Below, in pieces: positions 1 to 7,522 of a stretch of DNA of 64,000 nt. The DNA lies in the NCBI GenBank assembly GCA_041690595.1, contig JAWLHB010000029.1, forward strand, positions 1 to 64,000. Direction: 5' to 3'. The position numbers were made by a program, and so were the translations under genes. The notes beneath the pieces are model-generated. The model did no database searches and was not told where the DNA came from. It saw only the letters and a program-made list of their open reading frames with translations. The number at the start of each line of letters is the position of its first letter. Position 1 is the stretch's first letter. This stretch comes from Lentisphaeria bacterium. GTDB lineage: Bacteria > Verrucomicrobiota > Lentisphaeria > JABSQK01 > JAWLHB01.

Positions 1-1
1 C

Positions 2-1114
2 GCTCAAAACCTCGGCCAAAACCTCGGTCGTATCGAGGGGTCTGGGGAGGTGCGCCTCCCCAGCGGGGTCCGGGGCAGCGCCCCGCCGATCCTCTCCGCT
101 GCCCCGCCGCTCCTCTCCGTCTCCCCGCGTCTCCGCCTCTCCGTCTCCCCCTGGCTTGTCGGGATCTGGAGATCCGATCTCCGGAACCCGACAAGAAGCA
201 TCGAGGGGTCTGGGGAGGTGCGCCTCCCCAGCGGGGTCCGGGGCAGCGCCCCGCCGCTCCTCTCCGCTGCCCCGCCGATCCTCTCCGCCGCCCCGCCGCT
301 CCTCTCCATCTCCCCGCGTCTCCGCCTCTCCGTCTCTCCATAGCTTGTCGGGATCTGGAGATCCGATCTCCGGAACCCGACAAGAAGTATCGAGGGGTCT
401 GGGGAGGTGCGCCTCCCCAGCGGGGCCCGGGGCAGCGCCCCGCCGCTCCTCTGCGCTGCCCGTCCCGCCCCGCTTCTTCGCCACCTGCCGATACCCCTGC
501 GCCGTCGCACTACTCGTCAGCGTCACCTCCGCATCCTCCAGCTCCACCACTACCCGCACCGACTCATCCTCCGCCGTCCGCGACACTTGACGTTCCTTCA
601 CCCGCGCCTTCTCCTCCCAGCCGAAGCCCAGCACATGCACCAGCCAGCTTTCCGAATCCATCATCGTCTCCGAAGAACGGCGCTGCGCCACCTCCGCCAG
701 CACCTTCATATACTCCTTTGCCGCGCGCATCCGGTCATACAGGACCGGTTCTTGGATCAGGCCGCCCTCGCCATCCTTCACCCAGCGCACCCCCCGCACC
801 GCCGCAGCCGACCGATCCACCTCACCATTTGCCGACATCACATCCGCCATCGACGTCATCGCCATGGCTCCCAGCATTCCTGCGATCTCCATCATCGACG
901 GAAGCCGCGGCCCCTCCTGAGCTTCCAGCGTACCCATCTCCTCACCTATCAACTCCCGCACCAGCAACTGCACCCGCCCATCCTGCAGCAACTCCGACGC
1001 TCGCGCCTTTGCGAACGACTCCGCATAACCTGCCCGCAGTGCCGCCTTTGCCGCGCAAAAATCCTTCACATACTCCCCCGCGAACCGCCGCATCCGCTTG
1101 CTCAGTCCCCTCAT
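2..1114 (-). CDS. Terminase small subunit-like protein (N-terminal TerS HTH) with a repeat-derived low-complexity C-terminal extension; 3' end lies outside the window
   Basis: Hand translation of the minus frame from ATG at 1114 (GGAGG 8 nt upstream) is stop-free to the window edge, which is why the ORF track omits it. It begins MRGLSKRMRRFAGEYVKDFCAAKAALRAGYAESFAKARASELLQDGRVQ, matching the L-x-KQ-x-F-x-EY-x-D-x-NA-x-AA-x-RAGYS pattern of phage TerS. Confidence 0.7.
   Translation of the reverse strand, partial: MRGLSKRMRRFAGEYVKDFCAAKAALRAGYAESFAKARASELLQDGRVQLLVRELIGEEMGTLEAQEGPRLPSMMEIAGMLGAMAMTSMADVMSANGEVDRSAAAVRGVRWVKDGEGGLIQEPVLYDRMRAAKEYMKVLAEVAQRRSSETMMDSESWLVHVLGFGWEEKARVKERQVSRTAEDESVRVVVELEDAEVTLTSSATAQGYRQVAKKRGGTGSAEERRGAAPGPAGEAHLPRPLDTSCRVPEIGSPDPDKLWRDGEAETRGDGEERRGGGEDRRGSGEERRGAAPDPAGEAHLPRPLDASCRVPEIGSPDPDKPGGDGEAETRGDGEERRGSGEDRRGAAPDPAGEAHLPRPLDTTEVLAEVLS
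32..470. repeat. Composite tandem repeat, about 2.5 units (168 and 189 bp), containing a GC-rich hairpin block and a 41-bp palindrome
   Basis: ATCGAGGGGTCTGGGGAGGTGCGCCTCCCCAGCGGGG-CCGGGGCAGCGCCCCG starts at about 32, 200 and 389. The near-perfect palindrome CTTGTCGGGATCTGGAGATCCGATCTCCGGAACCCGACAAG lies at 155-195 and 344-384. Confidence 0.92.
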
Positions 1115-1173
1115 CTCCACATCCTCCCCTAAGTCAGTTCAACTCCCACGATCACCTAGTCCAACAATCACGA

Positions 1174-1201
1174 ACTATAGCACGTATAACTCAAAAGTCA
1201 A
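1174..1201 (-). promoter_or_regulatory. Sigma70-like promoter for the TerS-like gene
   Basis: Minus strand reads TTGACT-N16-TATAGT with TG-n immediately before the -10 (extended -10), about 60 bp upstream of the ATG at 1114. Confidence 0.55.
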
Positions 1202-1254
1202 GTTTAGAATGGAAACATACGTTGGACTCCCGACTTCAGGCCGATGACCTCAAG

Positions 1255-1585
1255 GTGGGAGGGGTTCTCCGAACCGCGACTTGGATATTGCCATCCCCCC
1301 ACCTGACCACAATTACCCATGGCTTCAGCCTCCAAAGGTCCGGCAACCTGGCAGCCGCTCCCCGAGCGGCGCAGCCCTCAATGTGGGAGGGGTTCTCCGA
1401 ACCGCGACTTGGATATTGCCATCCCCCCACCTGAACACAATTCCATCTACTTCAGCCTCCACAGGTCCGGCAATGTGGGAGGGGTTCTCCGAACCGCGAC
1501 TTTGATAGTGCCATTCCCCCACCTGACCACAATTACCCATGGCCTCAGCCTCCACAGCTCCGGCAACGTGGCAGGGGTTCTCCCC
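1255..1585. repeat. About 92-bp tandem repeat (3 full copies and 1 partial), REP-like head
   Basis: GTGGGAGGGGTTCTCCGAACCGCGACTT...CCCCCACCTGA-CACAATT...CAGCCTCCA starts at 1255, 1383 and 1475, with a partial copy at 1568. The first unit carries an extra GCCGCTC/GAGCGGC hairpin. Confidence 0.9.
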
Positions 1586-1610
1586 CCGCCTATCCTCCAC
1601 GCTCCTTCTT

Positions 1611-1840
1611 TGCGATCTCTGCGTACTTTGTGGTTAACCCCCTGAGCTGCCACCTCCGTGCCCGTCCACTTCGTCCACTTCGTCCACTTCGTCCACTTCG
1701 TCCATACCGTCCACTTCGTCCATACCGTCCATACCCCCACCTTGCCCCAACGGCGCCGCCCCCGCCCCGCCACTCCCCCCAGCTCCTTCTATGCGATCTC
1801 TGCGTTCTTTGTGGTTAACCCCCTGAGCTGCCATCTCCGT
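1611..1840. repeat. 49-bp direct repeats flanking a 9-bp microsatellite
   Basis: TGCGATCTCTGCGT-CTTTGTGGTTAACCCCCTGAGCTGCCA-CTCCGT at 1611-1659 and 1792-1840. Eight copies of CGTCCA(CTT/TAC) lie at 1663-1734. Confidence 0.9.
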
Positions 1841-1940
1841 CTCTCCGTGCCCAGACATTCTTCTCCATAAGTCCGAACCCACTGCAATGCTCCCGTTTGA
1901 GCTCAGTTTCACAGAAACCGGCGTCTCCTTTCGCTCTCTT

Positions 1941-2047
1941 GCCCCAACGGGGCTACGTCCCATAGCCCAGGGTTGTGCCGCCAAAGGCGGTGCTACCCTG
2001 GGTATACTGCCCGCCCACCCATCAACCCCAACCGGGCGTTGCGTCCA
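1941..2047. repeat. REP-like palindromic element
   Basis: Nested inverted repeats GCCCCAACGGGGC, CCCAGGGT...ACCCTGGG and CCGCC-AAA-GGCGG, followed by a degenerate CAACCCCAACCGGGCGTTG. Confidence 0.55.
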
Positions 2048-2250
2048 CGGCGCCGCCCCCTCCCCGCGTAAACTCTCACGTGGGAGGATGGCAATGCTCG
2101 CTGCATCATCATCCCATCGGCTTGCATCCCGTAGAGCCGTAGCTACTTTAGTGCCGAGAACTAGTAACATGAACTTACAGCAGGAGTAGCAAAGTAAGGG
2201 GCTAAGCATACCGGAAGGTATCCCAAAATCGCACCGTATGGGAGGTTGCC

Positions 2251-2508
2251 ATGAAGGGAGAAGTGTTCGCCAGAAATAAGCAGAATGGAATGTTGGCCAT
2301 TCGAACCGAAGAGGGCGTCTTTTCAATCATAGAGCCAATGGGTGACGATTTCGAACTTGGAGACAAGGTCAATTGGAGTGAGGCCGACGATTACCCTCTT
2401 GGAGCCGAGTATGTTCGGAACCTGACAAAAGATGAGCGCGTTGAGGTTTACTTTCAGAATCACTGCGTGACCCGCGAGAACTTGGAATGGCAACTGGGAG
2501 TTCGGTAG
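2251..2508 (+). CDS. Small hypothetical protein (85 aa), beta-rich and acidic
   Basis: GGAGG 5 nt upstream of the ATG; natural-looking composition; AT-richer than its flanks. Confidence 0.65.
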   Translation: MKGEVFARNKQNGMLAIRTEEGVFSIIEPMGDDFELGDKVNWSEADDYPLGAEYVRNLTKDERVEVYFQNHCVTRENLEWQLGVR

Positions 2509-2548
2509 TTATGATTGGCTTGAGCATTAACACGACACTATTGATGAC

Positions 2549-3733
2549 ATGAACATATCCTCCCTTACCGAATCTGACATTTGCGCCAAGTTCATCACGC
2601 CGGCCATTACCGCGGCGGGATGGGATGAGCATCTGCAGATTCGACGGGAGTTCAACTTCACGGATGGGCACATCATCGTGCGGGGCAACTTGCACACGCG
2701 TGGCAAGCGGAAGCGGGCTGACTATCTCCTCTCCCACCGGCCGAACCTGCCGCTGGCTATTATCGAGGCCAAGGACAATACCCACAGCCTTGGCGCCGGG
2801 ATGCAGCAGGCACTGGCTTATGCCGAGATTCTCGACGTGCCCTTCGTCTACGCCTCCAATGGCGATGCCTTCATCGAGCACGACCGGACTACTCATCAGG
2901 AACGCCAGCTACCTCTCGACTACTTCCCCTCTCCCCAGGAACTCTGGGACCGCTATCGGGCCGCCGGAAGCATCACCCCCGACGTGGAGAGGGTCATCAC
3001 CGAGCCCTACCACGTCGAGATCAGCGGCAAGCAGCCACGCTACTATCAGCGCATTGCCATCAATCGGACCATCGACGCCATCGCCCGGGGCCAAGACCGC
3101 GTGCTGCTCGTCTTGGCCACCGGCACCGGGAAGACCTACACCGCCTTTCAGATCATCTGGCGTCTCTGGAAGAGCGGCATCAAGAAGCGCGTGCTCTTCC
3201 TGGCCGATCGCAACATCCTGGTGGACCAGACCAAGACCAACGACTTCAAGCCCTTCGGTACGGCGATGACGAAAATCACCAACCGCATCGCTGATCCCGC
3301 CTATGAAGTCTATCTGGCCTTGTACCAGGCTATCACCGGTTCAGAGGAGAAGCAGAAGATCTTCCGGGACTTCTCCAAGGACTTCTTCGACCTCATCATC
3401 GTGGACGAATGCCATCGCGGCAGCGCCGCGGACGATTCCGCCTGGCGCGAGATTCTGGAGCATTTCGAGGGTGCCACTCAGATCGGCCTGACCGCCACCC
3501 CCAAAGAGACCAGGTATGTCTCCAGCAGCCACTACTTCGGCGACCCCATCTACACCTACTCCCTGAAGGCTGGCATCGACGACGGCTTCCTTGCCCCCTA
3601 CAAAGTACCGAAAGTCAATATCGACAAACAATTTCTGGCGAGCCCACCTGACCGTGAATTTGACCATAATCCTTTGATTTCTAAGCGGTTTCAGGTGGGA
3701 TCTATGGTCCCTCTACGGCTCTACAGTTCGTGA
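2549..3733 (+). pseudogene. hsdR: Type I restriction endonuclease R subunit (EcoAI/EcoEI-like), 3'-truncated
   Basis: Shows N-terminal [13 protein letters not shown], nuclease motif RADYLL...AIIEAK, Walker A ATGTGKT, DECH and TATP. Homology and GC-rich codon usage stop after [22 protein letters not shown] (about 3628). Helicase motifs IV-VI are absent, and no hsdM or hsdS is in the window. Confidence 0.85.
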
Positions 3734-3856
3734 ATATTGCCAATCTTTTGGATCTGTACTTGAATTACCGACCGGATAAGCGCAATATAGCTGCGGTTCA
3801 GCACGTATCCGCCACCGCAAACTTCAGCACCAAATCCTCATGCACGGAAAGAATCC

Positions 3857-4114
3857 ATGTCCGCACGAAGCAAGCGCGAGAAGTTCGAGAAGCTAGCCGA
3901 GAAGAGAACCACCGATATCATCCACAAGATGCGATTGTTGGGCAACCTTTCGAATCGCAGCAATTACGACTACGAGCCAGACCATGTCAAGCAGATTTTA
4001 TCTGCAATTGACGCTGAGCTTAAGGGGCTCAAGAAGCGGTTTGAGGATACCGATGACGAGGGTAGACCCTCCTTCTCATTCAAGACTACCAAGAAAGGGA
4101 AGTCGAAGGAATGA
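3857..4114 (+). CDS. Small basic helical hypothetical protein (85 aa), first gene of the island operon
   Basis: SKREKFEKLAEKRT...RLLGNLSNRSNYDY... reads like a conserved protein; ATGA overlap with the next gene. Confidence 0.8.
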   Translation: MSARSKREKFEKLAEKRTTDIIHKMRLLGNLSNRSNYDYEPDHVKQILSAIDAELKGLKKRFEDTDDEGRPSFSFKTTKKGKSKE

Positions 4115-6027
4115 CTATGTCCACCATACAGTGGTCTTTCTTCGAAATGCCACGACAGTTGATAAACCAAGGCTCAACTTCGGGGGAGTTCTTCAATTCA
4201 GAAAATGATGATAGCAGTGCTGATGCGCTTGTTCGGGAAGCAATTCAGAATTCATTAGATGCATCCCAGGTGCTGGAAAGCGGTGAAAGGAGCAAGGTTT
4301 CGGTCCGCATTCTCGTGTCTAGCCACAACCAGCATCTTTTACCCTCGAAGGCGGAAGATTATTTTTCAACGCTTTGGCCACATCTTCAATCAGACAGTAC
4401 AATTCGCGAGTTGCCAGACCGAAAATCACCTGTCTCATTCATCGCAATCGAGGACTTTGGAACCAAGGGGCTGCGGGGAAATCCCGCTCAAGAAAAGGAT
4501 GGGAAAGGAGATAGCGAGTTTTTCTATTTCTGGCGGAATGTTGGCAGGGGAATGAAGTCTGGCAATGAGCTTGGACGATGGGGTCTAGGTAAAACAGTAT
4601 TCCCAAATGCAAGTAAACTCCGCTCGTTTTTTGGTCTGACAGTGCGGCAGGGGGAAGAAGACGCCTTGCTGATGGGGCAGTCAGAGCTGGATATACACAG
4701 CTTTGATGGTAAGCGGTATTCACAGTATGGCTGGTGGGGGATCACCGAGGCAGATGGCTTTGTTCTCCCATTGCACGAAGGGAAGAGGGTTCAATCTTTC
4801 AGGAATGACTTTCATCTTCAACGCCAGCTAGAGCCGGGACTCTCTATTGTGGTTCCGTATTTGCAGGACGACCTGACACCCGAATCTATAGTTCGGTCTA
4901 TTATTCATCATTACTTCTTTCCAATTTTGGCGGATAAGCTTGAGGTGAAAGTAGAATTTCACGACCAGCTTGTGGAGATTAATGGAACTACCATTGAACA
5001 AGTTGCAGCCAAGTATTTCGAAGAAAAAGAAAACGAAAGTTTCAGAAGGGTGCTTGAGTTGACATTGTGGGCATTAACAAACCCAGAGGAAGAGAGGTCA
5101 ATCCTTAAGTTGTCGGGTGCTGGCAGTTCACCGAGGTGGAATGAGGCTCTATTTGAAGAACATTCTCTCGATAACTATAGAGCTTCCTTCTTCAACGGGA
5201 CGCCAATTGCAGTTCGAGCACCGCTGATAGTCCAACAAGATGGACATGAACCAAACGAATCATTCTTCGATATCTATATCAGGAGCGAGGAGTCCCAGCA
5301 TATTCCTGAAGAATACTATATTCGGCGAGGAGTGCGCATAACGGACATTCGTGCGCTTCGAGAGCGAGGGCTTATTGGCTTGGTTGTGATTGATGATGGT
5401 CCCCTTGTGTCAATGTTAGGGGATGCTGAAAATCCTGCGCACAGGGAATGGCAAAAACGTTCGCCAAAATTTAGGGGAAAGTATATCAGAGGCCCCAGTA
5501 CCTTAGATTTTGTTAAGAACTCTCTTAGAGAAATAGTCCGAATTCTTAATCAAACCGTTGGCGAAGTCGATAAGGAGCTCCTCAGTCATATCTTTTGGAT
5601 TGAACATCCAAAAGATGAAAAAGACAAGAAAGTCAAAAAGAAATCTGATACTGATGAGCCAGGCCCTGAAGTGCCAGACCCTCCTGAGCCACCAAAACCA
5701 AATCCGCGAGACTATTCAGTGCGTGTAGTTGACGATGGATTTTTGATTTCAAGCACAAGCAAATCTATCAACTACAGACTAAGCGTTAGGGTTGCTTATG
5801 ATACAAGAACAGGCAACCCATTTAGGAAGTATAGCGAGTTTGATTTTGATCTGAGTGAGTTGCCGATAGAAATCATTTGCAGCCATGCCAAGGTTCATGA
5901 TATATCAGGAAACAGGTTCATAATCGAACCAATACAAGATTCTTATCAAGTGAAGGTGACTGGCTTCGACAATGAGCGTGATATAATCGTAAAGGTCGAT
6001 AAGAGGATTAATACTGATGAAGCGTAG
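4111..6027 (+). CDS. GHKL (MutL/Hsp90/MORC-type) ATPase domain protein, 638 aa
   Basis: Bergerat-fold motifs: REAIQNSLDA (ExxxNxxDA), IEDFGTKGL (DxGxG) and GRWGLGK (GxxGxG). A Lys/Pro-rich linker precedes a C-terminal beta-rich domain. Confidence 0.85.
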   Translation: MTMSTIQWSFFEMPRQLINQGSTSGEFFNSENDDSSADALVREAIQNSLDASQVLESGERSKVSVRILVSSHNQHLLPSKAEDYFSTLWPHLQSDSTIRELPDRKSPVSFIAIEDFGTKGLRGNPAQEKDGKGDSEFFYFWRNVGRGMKSGNELGRWGLGKTVFPNASKLRSFFGLTVRQGEEDALLMGQSELDIHSFDGKRYSQYGWWGITEADGFVLPLHEGKRVQSFRNDFHLQRQLEPGLSIVVPYLQDDLTPESIVRSIIHHYFFPILADKLEVKVEFHDQLVEINGTTIEQVAAKYFEEKENESFRRVLELTLWALTNPEEERSILKLSGAGSSPRWNEALFEEHSLDNYRASFFNGTPIAVRAPLIVQQDGHEPNESFFDIYIRSEESQHIPEEYYIRRGVRITDIRALRERGLIGLVVIDDGPLVSMLGDAENPAHREWQKRSPKFRGKYIRGPSTLDFVKNSLREIVRILNQTVGEVDKELLSHIFWIEHPKDEKDKKVKKKSDTDEPGPEVPDPPEPPKPNPRDYSVRVVDDGFLISSTSKSINYRLSVRVAYDTRTGNPFRKYSEFDFDLSELPIEIICSHAKVHDISGNRFIIEPIQDSYQVKVTGFDNERDIIVKVDKRINTDEA

Positions 6028-6781
6028 AATCAATCATACTGGAAGGAAAAAAATATCCAGAAAGGATGTCGTACTTACGGTAATTCATCGAGGAAATGAG
6101 CCCTCTACGTTCGAGGCTATACTCGACCTCGACTCCTTGCAGCTACCACCAAATGCTCCAGTTTTTATTGAAGCGTACCACAGAACCAACTACATGAGGT
6201 TTTCGTACGGCACTACGGCTTTGCCTGGCCCCGAATCGCTTCCCTTACTGTCCGGCTTAGAGGGTACCGAACGCATCTACTTCAGGGTGAAGGTCGTAGA
6301 CCCTGAAAATACAGGTCGCATACTCGCTGAGGCAGACAGGCTTTCGCCTAAGGACGCCCAAGATTCGGATGAAAACAGAACATCGCTATTGCACTTCGAG
6401 TTGTGCGATTTAGGTCAAGAGGTATGGCGATTGAACCTGAATCGACAATGGCCAACGCTGGAAGTCAATAATAGACTTCCTGACGGGACATCATTGGCGA
6501 GGAGTGATTTGACATTTAGGGCACTTGTTTACCCTTCTGTTACTCGTCAAATCCTCACATATATTATGTTCTGTCGTAGTGAATCATGGGACGAAGAGGG
6601 CGATGACTGGGAGAGCCTATGGATTCAGTGGGCTATCAAGACACCAGGTGTAGGTTCGCCACCATCTCCTGAGGATGCTGAGGAAGAGAAGATGAATTGG
6701 GTTGATAGTGTTGTTAAGGCTCGAAGCAGGCGCGAGCTTAATCTTGACTCGTACTTAAAGGACTTGGGGGGTGATAAATGA
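6017..6781 (+). CDS. Hypothetical protein (254 aa)
   Basis: Long ORF in AT-rich DNA; overlaps the upstream stop by 11 bp and the downstream start by ATGA. Confidence 0.85.
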   Translation: MKRRINHTGRKKISRKDVVLTVIHRGNEPSTFEAILDLDSLQLPPNAPVFIEAYHRTNYMRFSYGTTALPGPESLPLLSGLEGTERIYFRVKVVDPENTGRILAEADRLSPKDAQDSDENRTSLLHFELCDLGQEVWRLNLNRQWPTLEVNNRLPDGTSLARSDLTFRALVYPSVTRQILTYIMFCRSESWDEEGDDWESLWIQWAIKTPGVGSPPSPEDAEEEKMNWVDSVVKARSRRELNLDSYLKDLGGDK

Positions 6782-7521
6782 AGTTAAGGAAATTTACTAA
6801 TCAGGGACTGGAGGAATTCATAAATATTCTCTTAATTGTAGAAGGAACAACTAGTACACCTGACCAACTATCATCGCTGCTTATTTCGCCTGCTCATACA
6901 GATATTATTTCTCCTGAGATTGAAGTTGAGAAAAAAACTTTTGGCAGCAGGCTGAAGGCAGCAGAATACCTGCGTGATACAATCAGAGGAGCTGAGATGG
7001 AAGAAGACCTTTTACAGGATGGCTCTCTTTGGGCTTGGCTATCTGCACTCTATTTCGAAGAGCTATGCAGTCGTGGCCGCGGCGGTGTCATGAAACCCGG
7101 TGATGTCAGCAGGTGGATACCTGATTCGGACTATAGAAATTACTACAGGCATTTACTTCGTGGTCCCTATAGTACGCTTGAAACATGCCATGATTCTCCT
7201 CATGATGCCGCCTTGCTACTCTACCAGCCACTGAGTAAACCAGGGGATTTCTACGAGCAGCTTGCCGCACGGCAAGAATTTATTACAAATCCAGCAATAG
7301 TGAAGACCGCAACGGCACTCTATTTTGACTTCGAAGCGGGTATGCACAAGAGGGGAGCACAGTCTCGAAAGCGAAAAGGTCATCACCGAAGGTTCATCGC
7401 AATTCTGGACCAGTTTGACCTGACTTATGACCTTTATTCGCTGAGTGCTGAATCTTTAATTGACATGCTGCCGGCAGAATTTGACAGATGGAAGTCAAAG
7501 GTAAATGGCCATGGCAAGTAG
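6778..7521 (+). CDS. Hypothetical protein (247 aa), helical and basic (LWAWLS, YYRHLL motifs)
   Basis: Long ORF; ATGA coupling and GGGGG SD-like sequence upstream. Confidence 0.85.
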   Translation: MKLRKFTNQGLEEFINILLIVEGTTSTPDQLSSLLISPAHTDIISPEIEVEKKTFGSRLKAAEYLRDTIRGAEMEEDLLQDGSLWAWLSALYFEELCSRGRGGVMKPGDVSRWIPDSDYRNYYRHLLRGPYSTLETCHDSPHDAALLLYQPLSKPGDFYEQLAARQEFITNPAIVKTATALYFDFEAGMHKRGAQSRKRKGHHRRFIAILDQFDLTYDLYSLSAESLIDMLPAEFDRWKSKVNGHGK

Positions 7522-7522
7522 C

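Noticed and set aside
407..1434. Plus-strand ORFs 407-1132 and 718-1434, and minus ORF 4-510
   Set aside because: His/Arg/Pro-rich shadows of the TerS-like minus-strand frame and repeats.
1255..1585. Possible CRISPR array
   Set aside because: Whole units of about 92 bp are repeated, with no unique spacers.
1447..1870. ORFs with WTK/VHF/RPL/DEV tripeptide repeats
   Set aside because: Translations of the 9-bp microsatellite; no SD or protein-like context.
3730..4011. 93-aa ORF overlapping the hsdR stop
   Set aside because: Overlaps the better-supported 3857-4114 gene in another frame and lacks an SD.
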